Assembly: GCF_006345805.1 (NCBI RefSeq)
Contig: NC_043001.1
Span: 45,632,001-45,696,000, forward strand
Source of the DNA: Octopus sinensis
Taxonomy: Eukaryota
Length of the DNA: 64,000 nt
Direction of reading: 5' to 3'
This document shows, piece by piece, positions 40,036-51,334 of the stretch (positions within the stretch are counted from its first letter, which is position 1; each line of letters opens with the position of its first letter). A model generated the notes under the pieces. That model was given only the letters and a program-made list of their open reading frames with translations, was not told the DNA's origin and did no database searches. The position numbers and the translations under genes are program-made.

Positions 40036-40981
40036 GTCAGTATCTTTTAGATGTTTAATACTGTTTCTGCTATTGCTGTTATCATTGTTGTTGCTACTGT
40101 TGATATCATAATTTCTGCTATTGCTCCCACTGTTGTTTATCAGTTCTGAGAATGTGTCTCAGATGCATGAAACTACCACTTCAATATTCTCTGAATCACA
40201 GCTGAACTGTAATATCTCAGTAGGTCATTATGCATTAGTTAAATTTCACTTCATCATTTGGTTAATCAATCAGTCAATTGTGTTTGCCAAAGTCCTTTCG
40301 TCACCATTTGTGACCTTTTCAGTGACATGCCTTCTCTACTCCTACCTGAAGCTGACTTGGAGTAGAGAAGGTATGTCCTTGAAGAAGTCAAGAATGGCAA
40401 CGAAAGGACATTGACAAACATGACTGATTGATTGTTTTACCAAATGACTAAACAATTTATTGGTTAGTTGGTTAAATAGCTAACCAATAAATAACCAATA
40501 TTAAAGAAGTGAAATTGAACCAAGATATGACAAAATCTGTTTCAACACCTAAGTTCGCATCAAGGATCTTGCAAACCAAATACAAAAACAAAATAGCTGA
40601 ACTGGTTTAAACAGATTTAAAGAAAAACAGACTCCATAGTGACAAAATAGCCTAGTGAACAAGGTACTGGTCATAACATAAAATTTACTGCTGGAGTTTT
40701 CTGTTTCTGAACTAGACCTTTATTCTATGTTGCCTCAGATCACACAACTGTCGAAAATAAATGCCAGATTGTTTGGTGTGGGTGTTTCTTATGATAGACC
40801 AGTGCTCTGTCTATGAGAAAATTTATCCTCTATCAACTTCACACTAGTCTTCAAAAAAGATAAGAACCAGGGTTGATTTGACTAAAATCCTTCAATGCTG
40901 TACCCCAGCACGGCAGCAGTCTGATGACAAGAATTTAATGTATTTGTTGTTTTGAAATTGTTGTTCTGTTTCAATTGCTAG

Positions 40982-41161
40982 GTGAAGCCACACGGCTACT
41001 TGCATGGATAATAAAATACAGCAAAAATGGCGAAGTGATAAAGAATATTGTACGAGCTGATGGTATCCAGCACCTTGTGACTATGGCAACTTCTGAACAT
41101 GTCCTCATGCAGAATGAAGCTTTGATAGCTCTGACACTCATAATTGGATCTTCCGTTTTAG
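40982..41161 (+). CDS. RAP1GDS1: RAP1GDS1 exon (180 nt)
   Basis: tgctag|...TTA G|gtattg; GEATRLLAW...HLVTMATSEHVLMQNEALIAL (human HLVTMATSEHVIMQNEALVAL). Confidence 0.98.
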
Positions 41162-41609
41162 GTATTGAACTTCAATATAATACAACTATGTTTTTTTTGT
41201 GTGTGTGTGTGTGTCTACTGTGGAGAGACAGACCCCTGAGAGTTTTATTAGTTTTGCTTCAACATCTATTCTAAACCACTTCTACATCTATTGCTATAAC
41301 ACCACTAATGGTCACTATTACTACCACTACAAACTAACAAGGGAGACTCCACATGGTTGCACATTCTGTTAAACATAGTAACCAAATCTCCTTCAGTGGT
41401 CTTGGATTTCCTGCACAAAGGAAAATGATGAGATGGTCACAGCTGAAATGCAATTTGATCATGAGTCAGCATGATCAGGGCTGACCTGGAACCAAGCAAC
41501 AAATACTATCATCACTACTACCAACTGTTTACAAGACAAAAATCCCCTTTGACTAAGTAGGGCTCAACTAAGTGTCTGTGTGTATGTGTGCATGTACGTG
41601 CATATATAT

Positions 41610-42095
41610 TGTGACCCCCTTCGGTCATGAATGACCATGAGATTACACCTAGAAAGTTACCCTCCGAGGCACAAGTCTGGGCAAGGTTGTTTATGGAAGA
41701 CCAGCAGTTGCCCATGCATACTAGCCTCCCCTCTCCACACCACCAATGTTATCCAAGGGAAAGGCAAAGGCCGATACAGCTTGGCACCAGTGACATCGCA
41801 GCTCATTTATTAACGGGCAAGTGACTGAGCACTCCACAGACACATGTACCCTTAACATAGTTCTCGGGGAGATTCAGTGTGACACAGAGTGTGACAAGGC
41901 TGGCCCTTTGAAACACAGGTACAACAGAAACAAGAAGAAAGAGTGAGAGAAAGTTGTGGTGAAAGAGTACAGCAGGGTTCACCACCACCCCTGCCGGAGC
42001 CTCGTGAAGCTTTAGGTATTTTCACTCAATAAACCCTCACTATGCCCAGTCTGGGAATCAAAACCACGATCCTTCAACCACGAGGTCATTGTGCC
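41610..42095 (-). mobile_element. tRNA-headed SINE-like element (third family)
   Basis: The minus-strand 5' end ggttgaaggatcgtggttttgattcccagactgggc is tRNA B-box-like; the GC-richer body is unlike the flanks. Confidence 0.6.
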
Positions 42096-42109
42096 TCCAC
42101 ACATGCATA

Positions 42110-42196
<87 letters not shown>

Positions 42197-42824
42197 ACAC
42201 ATATTTTAACCATACATATATATTAGTTGACAGGTCTTCACCCCTCAGTTTAGGGACTTTATCTTGCAAACTACATGATGGCCTTCTTGGTGTTATTGCC
42301 ATGTAAAAAGTACCCAATCCACTCTGTAAAATGGATGGTGTTAAGAACACTCAGCTTCTGTCAAACTGTCCCACCTATGCCTGCATGGAAAACAGACATT
42401 AAATGATGATGGTGACAATGATAATGTTGATGACAACAACAATGACAATTCTTAATTTTTGAAGAGAGAATCCAAATTATATGTCATATTTTAACTGCCC
42501 CATATGAATATATATATATGTGTGTGTGTGTATGTATATATATATATATATATATATAGTATTGTATTTATTTTGATCTGTTATACCATATAACCTGTTA
42601 TATTCAACTGCAAATATTTATACTTGTAGAAAATGTGCATGGATAAAAAATTTATGTGGTTGTAAGAAAATATATTTTAAAAAGGGAAAGCATTAAAATA
42701 TGTATAAATATAGAGGATTTGAATAAATATAAAAGAACCACAAGAATATATGAATAAAGAAAATATGTAATTTTTATGTTAAGAATTATTTTCAGGTTTA
42801 AAATTTGAATAATTTTACTTTCAG

Positions 42825-42953
42825 ATGAAGCTGCTATGGCTTTGAAAGAAGCAGACCTCATAGAAGTAATTGCCACTCTGTTAAAGAACCAACAAACACT
42901 TCCTGATATCATTGCTAATACCTTATCTTTAACTCGAGCCATCGTTCTAGCAG
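42825..42953 (+). CDS. RAP1GDS1: RAP1GDS1 exon (129 nt)
   Basis: tttcag|...GCA G|gtttgt; DEAAMALKEADLIEVIATLL...PDIIANTLSL (human ...PEIKYNSMVL). Confidence 0.92.
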
Positions 42954-43014
42954 GTTTGTTTGAAGATGCATGTATTGTTCTTCGACTTTTTTTTCATTTT
43001 TCTTTTATTTTTTA

Positions 43015-43685
43015 CTTGTTTCAGTCATTGAACTGCAGCCATCCTTGGGCACCACCTTAAAAGGCTTAGTTAAGCAAATCCTGCCCAGTATTTGCTTTTA
43101 AGTCTAGTACTTATTCTATCAGACTGTTTTGTTGAACTGCTAAGTTATGGGAATATAAACAAACCAACCATGGTTGTCAAGTCGTGTGTGTGTGTGCACA
43201 GGACAACAAACACACATACATACATACATACATACATAGTAGTAGTTGTGATAACTGTGCCGGTGGCACGTAAAAAGCACCATCTGAGCGTGGCGGATGC
43301 CAGCGCCGCCTTGACTGGCTTCTGTGCCAGTGGCACGTAAAAAGCACCAACCGATCGTGGCCGCTGCCAGCCTCCCCTGGCATGGAGTGGTTGGCGTTAG
43401 GAAGGGCATCTAGCTGTAGAAACACTGCCAGATCAGACTGGAGCCTGGTGCAGCCTCCTGGCTTCCCAGACCCCGGTCGAACCGTCCAACCCGTGCTAGC
43501 ACGGAAAACAGACGTTAAACAATGATGATGATGATGATATATTGGTCTTCTATGCTGTTTCTTTTTACCAGATTCACTCGCAAAACATTGGTCAACCTAG
43601 GGCTATAGTAAAAACCACTTATCCAAGGTACTATGCAGTAGGACTAAATCAGAAACCACATGGTTGCACAGCCATGCCTGCACCT
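43015..43685 (-). mobile_element. SINE family A (minus strand) interrupted by a + strand RTE 3' UTR fragment (43257-43537)
   Basis: SINE tail at 43015-43190 and head at 43545-43685 are both in reverse orientation; the RTE tail ending gacgttaaacaatgatgatg lies between them. Confidence 0.78.
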
Positions 43686-44276
43686 ACATTTTGGAAATTG
43701 GCACTATGTCGTTATTACCTCTAATTTCATGCCATTTTTTTTTTAATTGATCCTTTCTGACATGACTAAATATAGACTGATATTTCAAAATATCATTTAT
43801 GAAGAATTCATTTGGAAATTATGAACAATGGTCTTGAAATAGAATTCTTGACATAAATGAGATTGTTATTTTCTCTTTAAATATGTGATGCATGCATTCA
43901 TGGAAAGAGTGCTGTAAGGCAAAATCATGGTGATTATGGACATTGGCAATAAACATTGCAAAGATTGCTGCAAAGAAATCTCTATAAAAAATGGTACATT
44001 GTTTGAAAACGTGTATTGAAATTAGAAGAAATAACTGATCTATTGTACAACACGTATCCATATGAATTCATATGCGTTTTTTTTTTCATTCACTTTCTTT
44101 CATTTTGAAATGCAGATTAACAACAAAAGATGCCAACAATTTTCATGTTCTTCCATTTTTGTATTAGTGTTTCTCTTTGTGTCTGCTTCTTCCTCTCCCC
44201 CCCCCCCTCTGATCTTATGTAATTTGTAATATCTTCTTTTAATATGAATTTCATATTGTGTTTCTCTTTGTTTTAG

Positions 44277-44348
44277 CTTCTTCAACTACACCACAATTGA
44301 CCCAGTGTACACTTCTTGCTTGTGCAGGAATGATTTCTAACATGCAAA
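44277..44348 (+). CDS. RAP1GDS1: Candidate alternative cassette exon of RAP1GDS1 (72 nt; an internal acceptor gives a 21-nt microexon 44328-44348)
   Basis: Polypyrimidine tract + ttttag acceptor, AAA|gtaagta donor, open in the phase-1 frame (ASSTTPQLTQCTLLACAGMISNMQ). No transcript evidence is available. Confidence 0.5.
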
Positions 44349-44664
44349 GTAAGTATCTGGCTACAAGTACAATTAGCTGGACTAATTAATAACATTTCAT
44401 TGGGTTTGCTAAACAGCAATTAGCTGGGCTAAATGAAAGACAATTAGCTAGGTTAATTGTACGGAAGATGTTTAAATTTACTGTTGCTTTAAGCCTTTAG
44501 AATTCATAATATTTATTCCTTTTGACAAGGCACAAGGGATTAGGTAAAGATTTATGAACTCAGTTCTGTATATTTCTGATATTTTTCTGACACTCCTCAC
44601 CCTCAAAGGATGACTGACAGTGTTAACTCCTGCCAGATCTCAAATTAAAATGTACATCAACACA

Positions 44665-45045
44665 GCATGGCTGCGTGGTAAGAAGCTTGCTTCCTAACCA
44701 CATGGTTCCGGGTTCAGTTCCACTGCATGGCACCTAGGGCAAGTTTCTTCTACTATAGCCTCAGGCAGACCAAAGCCTTGTGGGGATTTGGTAGGCAGAA
44801 ACTGAAAGAAGCCTGTTGTGTGTATATATGTATGTATGTATATATTTGTGTGTGTGTCTGTGATTGTCCCCCTCACCATCATTTGACAACTGATGTTGGT
44901 GCGTTTATGTCCCTGTAACTTAGCAGTTCAGCAAAAAGTACTAGGCTTGCAAACAATAAGTCCTGGGCATCAATTTGTTTGACTAAAGGCAGTGCTCCAG
45001 CATGGCCACAATCAAATGACTGAAACAAATAAATGAAATAAATGA
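44665..45045 (+). mobile_element. Full-length SINE family A
   Basis: gcatggctgcgtggtaagaagc...ggttccgggttcagttccactgcatggcacc...gactgaaacaaataa. Confidence 0.87.
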
Positions 45046-45257
45046 AAAAAAATACCCAAAAGTAAATGGTGCAAAACATAAATTTTTTTTATAGCTGGGT
45101 GCTTCTAATATTGCTAACCTTTCAACCATACAGTAGGAAGTGGAACCTATTTTATGTCAATCAAGCAATTAGATGTACTTATTAAAGAGTAGGATACAGT
45201 GTGTTAGTAGGTTAATGGTGTAGTGTGTTAGAGAGTGCTTATCACTTCAGTCAATTT

Positions 45258-45545
45258 TGGTGTTTACAGTTACCTGCCTAGGCTCTGCTTCTCATGAGGC
45301 TAAGAAAAGCAAATTGTCAAAGTATCGGTCTCTCTGTGACAAGTTTATGGTCGGGCCTGTGGCAATAGAGACCTCAAGTGTTCTTCCCCACCCCCGAACC
45401 ATATCACTGCTCACCACTATTGGGCAGAGATGCCTATCCATAAATGCAAGCTGCATGAGTCAGGGTGGCTGTTCCAGCATATGTCCCTCACTGTCCTCCA
45501 GGACAATACATTTTCCATTTTGTCTTCTGTGACTGTGAGGCAGTC
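45258..45545 (+). mobile_element. C-terminal restriction-like endonuclease fragment of a CRE-type non-LTR retrotransposon
   Basis: EAKKSKLSKYRSL..FMVGPVAIETS and, in another frame, ESGWLFQHMSLTVLQDN resemble the K..KY...PVAVET / FL.QRLS.A.QRGN motifs. Confidence 0.6.
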
Positions 45546-45813
45546 TGACTTACAGGAACCCCAAAAAATGTCTTTTGTATTTTGTATTTTAGCATAGAAA
45601 TGCAAAAACACCCCATACTCTTTAATCCTGATTTGTGACCCATTTAGTCAGATGGCTGGTGAACAGATCTGATCCATTTGATTACTAAAGGGGTTTGTCA
45701 GTATTCTTTTAACTATAGAGAACCAGAAGTGTCACAGAAAAGTGAAAGTATCAATTGATTGACAGAAATTGGCTGGTAACAAATAAAATAAATAAAAAAG
45801 AAAATAAAAAATA

Positions 45814-46047
45814 AGGCAGCAAGCTGGCAGAAACGTTAGCACGCTGGGCGAAATGCTTAGCAGTATTTCGCCTGCCATTACGTTCTGAGTTCAAATTCCG
45901 TTAAGGTCAACTTTGCCTTTCATCCCTTTAAGGTCAATAAATTAAGTACCAGTTATGCACTGGGGTCGATGTAATCGACTTAATCCCTTTGTCTGTCCTT
46001 GTTTGTACCCTCTATGTTTAGCCCCTTGTGGGCAATAAAGAAATAAG
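45814..46047 (+). mobile_element. Young full-length SINE family B
   Basis: ggcagcaagctggcagaaacgttagc...ctgagttcaaattcc (B box)...gccccttgtgggcaataaagaaataag. Confidence 0.9.
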
Positions 46048-46487
46048 AGATTGGCTAGTAAACATTGAATATAACTAGAGTTGGTGTGAGAATAAATTAG
46101 TTTGACATGAAAATAATAAAAATCAGAGAAAGATCTAAGTTATTGCTATTACATTACACAGTTATTGCTATGATGTTATACACTATTGGTAGCAAAGTGG
46201 CCAAGTTGTCAGAGCATCAGACTGACATAGTATAGATTACCTTTGTATAGTATGCATGATGTTACAGTTCTTTAGTATCACATAGTTAACATTCTTAACT
46301 TCCATATCCTTAATTTGATTTTAAAGGGGGAAAAAAATCAATTATGTAAGTTCACATAGCAATCTTTCATATTATCTGTGTATTTCACTATTAAAAATTT
46401 ATACACCGATATATACAGACATATTTAATGTTTTTCACTTCTTCCTTCGTTTTTAAATGTATCTTGTTTGCCCTATCCCACATGAAG

Positions 46488-46655
46488 GAATAAAGAAAGG
46501 ATAATTATTATTCTTTCATCTCTCTGGGGTTGTATTAGGAGATGTGGTCTTCACTAGCCTCCCCTCCCTCACAGTTCTTTACCTCTTAGAAACAGCTATT
46601 ATTATTGGGTTGCAGAATCAGTAGAGCACCTGCATACAAACATCCTAGACTACAT
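46488..46655. repeat. Copy 1 of a near-identical local direct duplication (copy 2 at 48241-48446)
   Basis: gaataaagaaaggataatt...catcctagactacat occurs twice; copy 2 has 38 extra nt. Confidence 0.93.
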
Positions 46656-46665
46656 AAAAAAAAAA

Positions 46666-46990
46666 TACCACTCAACCTGATTACTCACAATATACTCTAA
46701 CCTCTGATCCATAGATGGGTTGTCTTCTTACTCTACTATAATGGCCTCTACTCCAAGGACTTGGTTGATCTCTTCTCATGCCCACCTAACTCCCTCGTCT
46801 TTCCTCCTCTCATCACTCATATCATGCTGAACTCCACAGTTCATCCACTCATCACTTTATTCTTAGTCTTTCCTTCCCAGAATGTCAGCCCATTGGAATT
46901 TTCTCCTCATCCCTATTTTTTGTACAGCCATTAACTTATGATTGTTTAAGAACATCAGCCATATCAATCCCACTTCAGCTCCTCTCTCCA
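46666..46990 (+). mobile_element. Old CR1/L2-group LINE 3' fragment
   Basis: Degenerate FY.YYNG..S, SFLPR.S..WN.LP and NL..FK motifs across frameshifts. Confidence 0.5.
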
Positions 46991-47226
46991 AACCAAACCA
47001 ATAAAATATTTAAATTTTTTTTGGTATTTAGTTATGGCTATTTAAATTCTGAGTTCAAATCCTACCAACATCAAGTTTACCTTTCATCTTTCAAAGTTGA
47101 TTAAATTGATTTTATCCCCTACACCAATATTTTTATTAGAAATCATTACTATTATGTACTCAGTTATAAACAAGCCTTGGAAACTATTAGGGCAAAGGTA
47201 AATTAGTCATTTACCAATAACACTCC

Positions 47227-47461
47227 TTATTTCTTTACTACCCACAAGGGGCTAAACATAGAGGGGACAAACAAGGACAGACAAACGGATTAAGTCGATT
47301 ACATCGATCCCCAGTGCGTAACTGGTACTTAATTTATCGCCCCCGAAAGGATGAAAGGCAAAGTCAACCTCGGCGGAATTTGAACTCAGAATGTAATGGC
47401 AGACGAAATACGGCTTCGCATTTCGCCCGGCGTGCTAATGTTTCTGCCAGCTCGCCGCCCT
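47227..47461 (-). mobile_element. Young full-length SINE family B, inverted relative to 45814-46047
   Basis: Its reverse complement matches the 45814 copy along the whole length; CpGs are retained. Confidence 0.92.
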
Positions 47462-48594
47462 AACACTCCTCCTTTAAGGAAAAATGAGATTGAGTACTAT
47501 GCTATTTTTGCAGCAATTTTGATCTTGGAATGGCTTGTGGAAAAAATTTCTAAGTGTGTACACCGAGTATCACTGACCCACAAGATTCTGATAACATCTG
47601 AAGTGTTTCTACAGAGCAACAGAATGTATCATAATCTGTAAAATGCATCAATTTCTTTCTGGCTCTTTATGTGTTGAGGTTAACTTTATCTTTCGTCTTT
47701 CTAGGATTGATAAATTAAGTATTAGTAAAGTACAAGTGTTGACTGTTCCTCTCCAATAAATTTCAGCCCTTGTGCCTATATAAGCAGCTATTATTATCAT
47801 CACTCATATACCTAGCATTTCTGTTGGCTTTGTGACATTACACATTATTTCACTTTTAGTTTTACAGCTGTTAATATATAAATATAGAAAAGAAATTTTC
47901 ATTAATGAAGTGTGAGGAATAGAGGAGGCTGACTAATAAAGGAGTAAAACCTGATAAATCTTGTTGCATGGGCAATGTTGATATTTTGTGTGACTGTATG
48001 GTTAAGAGGTTATCTTTGCAACCACATGATTTTGGGTCAAGTTCTATTATGAAGCACCTTGGATAAATGTTTCCTACTATTTGGTAGGTGAAAACTGAAA
48101 AGAAGCCTTTCATATAGCTATCTGTGTGTGTTTCCATGTGTTTCTGTCTCTTTGTCCTGATATTGCAAGCTCAATATGAATGAACATCACAGTCACATAA
48201 GCAGAGCTGTTTGCCTGCAATCGCCTGTCCAGGACTTGGAGAATAAAGAAAGGATAATTATTATTCTTTCATCTCTCTGGGGTTGTATTAGGAGATGTGG
48301 TCTTCACTAGCCTCCCCTCCCTCACAGTTCTTTACCTCTTAGAAACAGCTATCATTATTATTATTATTGGTGGTGGTGATGGCAGCATCTGTACAGTGGG
48401 TTGCAGAATCAGTAGAGCACCTGCATACAAACATCCTAGACTACATGCTTAGAAACAGGTGAGTTGGCAACTAGAAGACCATTTCGCTGTAGAAAATCTA
48501 CCCTGATGGGTCCTGTTCGACCTAGACAAGCATTGAAAAGCAGACATTAAAACACTAATGACGATTTTTATTTTGTTTTCACATTTCTTTGCAG

Positions 48595-48734
48595 GTAATT
48601 TACGCGAGGAACTGATGTGTGCTGGAATCCCTGATCTGGCAAAACAGTTGACATCTCATGAAAATGAAAAGGTCCGGTCTGGAGCTGAGATGTTGTTAAA
48701 TGCTTTAGAAGAAAATTCTATGGAACAAAGCTGA
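48595..48734 (+). CDS. RAP1GDS1: RAP1GDS1 last coding exon (stop TGA 48732-48734)
   Basis: ttgcag|GTAATT...; GNLREELMCAGIPDLAKQLTSHENEKVRSGAEMLLNALEENSMEQS* (human KLRSHENKSV). Confidence 0.94.
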
Positions 48735-50170
48735 GTAAGATGATGCAAAACAAAGATGCAGATTTCAAGTTTTATGGGTTTTTTTTTTTTCTTGGTATTT
48801 TTTTTTTCCCAGATTTTCGTACAGTTCGAACTTTCAGACTGATAAACCTTTAATGTCAACCAAAAATCCGGTGGAGATGTATTTGTGCATGTGTGTGAGC
48901 ATGTATGGGATTGGAAAACAATGGTCTTTAAAAACTGAAATTTGAAATTTGACAAGAAACTTGAAATTTAAAACCATAAAATATATGAAAACTTTTATTA
49001 GAATTTCAGTTCCAAATTCCTTTTCAATTATGGGTGTTATTTCTCTCATCCAAACACATGCACATACATACACTCACATGCACACACACATACACACACA
49101 CATTTCACAATAAAACTAATCTTACTTTAATCACTCTGAAATTTGAAGCCGAAAGAAAAGAAAGAATGTTGGAGAAAATACAGAACAGAAACAAAAAAAA
49201 AAAAGAAAAATAACCTTGATGTGAAAATTCCATTCCTGGTTAAAGCAAACAAACAGAAAAAGTATTTAAAAAAATGATCTCAAGTCTATCAATAAGCTTT
49301 CTTTGTGTTCTGGTCATTTGGCACTATCATGATAACTATTTATTTTTCATAAACATAAAGGAAATTTGATGTATTTACCAGTTTTCAGATTCATTTCAAA
49401 AATGTTGCTCAGTTTTCAACCATATAATTTTCCTTTCAACTAGCAAAAAGCTTGCTGTTCTCATTTTTTTTTTTTCATCTTCTTCATTTTCTCGTCCTCT
49501 GTCGTCTTCTTGATATGATCATCGTGGACATCAAATACCATTTAATTTGTCTTGCTTTACTGAATAACTTTTCTCTTGCCATTAACAAGAACAACTTCAT
49601 ATATTTTTCTTATTGTAGAAACAGTTAAAAACATTTTTTAAATAACAAAACGCATCAACACAAGGTATAAAAACTATTATAAAGAACAATAATAAATAAT
49701 TAAATTTAAAATATTTTGTGTTGAGTTTGAAGATTTGGGAGAGTTTTTCTTTTTCTTTTTTTCCTTTTATTTTTTTTTTCAGTAGATTTTAAGTACAGTC
49801 ATTTTAGACTGTCTGGAATTTACTAGATATTGTCAGTGGTTCAAGAAGAAATTTTTTTCCCCCCTTAACTCATTGTCAAACATTTGATCATTTTGTCTCA
49901 AATTTCAGCCTTTTTTCTCAAATCACTTTTGAGAATATATATATACACTAAATAATAATAAATGTGTAAGTATATTTATGCAGATTTGGGATCACACATG
50001 CACACACACACACACATCATCTTTTATTTATTAACCAAACATAAACTGTCTTCTTTTCAAATGAGATATTTATTTCTTTATTCATTAAAATGTTCCTAGT
50101 TTTTTTTCATACATACACAATATCATTGTACAATCAGACATTGAATTGAAAGGAAGGAAAATCATTTTAA

Positions 50171-50351
50171 CCCTTTAGCAATCAGATTACTCTGTCAAAT
50201 TTATCTCATAACTTTGAGATTTCAATGTTGTGATTGTATATATTTTCAGAGTGACATTGTAGAGTAGGTGAGAGAGGCCATATCTGACCAATTTGAACAT
50301 AAAGCTGGAAGAATATTTAGGCCAGATGTGGCCAGTTTAAATGCTAAAGGG
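50171..50351. mobile_element. piggyBac-type MITE
   Basis: TTAA on both sides; TIRs CCCTTTAGCA...TGCTAAAGGG; second copy at 53887-54087. Confidence 0.88.
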
Positions 50352-50703
50352 TTAAAAAAAAAAAACAACCATTTTTATTGTTTTATGCTAGTAACATTTT
50401 AAAAACTATCCTGGAGTGATGAGTTGGCAGAACTGATAAAGTATTAGACTTTACACCTTTACACATATTTAGCTTCATCGTTCTATATTCTGAGTTTAAG
50501 TGCAACTATTGTGTTGGTGCATAATTATTGTGGCTTTTTCTCAATAAACTTTATCCAACAAAAACACGTAATAAAAACATCTTTAAATGATTATTTCAGA
50601 GCATATTCACCATCTCCTTCAATAACTGCTTCCCATTTGCTTGGCAGGCGGTCAGACCGTCATTTAAAGATGTTTTTGTTAAATATTGTTATTGTTTTTG
50701 TTG

Positions 50704-50709
50704 AATAAA
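50704..50709 (+). promoter_or_regulatory. Candidate proximal polyadenylation signal of RAP1GDS1
   Basis: AATAAA preceded by U-rich sequence; one of several candidates in AT-rich DNA. Confidence 0.3.
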
Positions 50710-51303
50710 ATTTGTTGAAAAACAACTGCAATAATTATGCACCAACCCTTCTAATGCAAATAAAATATATTAATTAAATTGACCAAGGTAATGATATATT
50801 GCAGTCATTTTAATTAACTGTACACATTCCCTATAAGTAGTGATTTTATGGTGCCTAACCCATGTAAAAAATAAAATGTTATTTCTAACTCTATCCCACA
50901 TTTTTTTTTAACTGTTCAATGATAGGCAAGGGAACAAGGCAAAGGAGTCAGCTCCCAATAAGCTGAAAACTACAACCTAGCTTTAATTTTTCAGTTGGAG
51001 CAATATTGCTTCACTTACAAGCACTGATGCTTTTTGGAAAGGTATGACCCTCCCAACTTGCCATCCTCCCCCCTCCATTCTCTTTTAAAAAATATACTAG
51101 GCCTTGTGCCCTAAAAAACAGTGGAGTGGGGGACACCATTATAAATTACAAGTAATGTTAAGTGTGTGTGTGTAAAAGCTATGGTTCAAGTATAACAGCA
51201 GACAAACAAAAGCAATGTCTGTGAATTAATGTTATTTTTCTTACTTTCATGTTTATGCTATTATGCTATATTTTGCCACTTAACTTTTCTCACAAAATGA
51301 TTT

Positions 51304-51334
<31 letters not shown>

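Noticed and set aside
42791-42795. Alternative upstream acceptor ttcag
   Set aside because: 29 nt upstream of the used acceptor, so out of frame.
48591-48600. cag|GTAATT resembling a recursive splice site
   Set aside because: Explained by the split Gly codon at the start of the terminal coding exon; the intron is short and no downstream exon was found.
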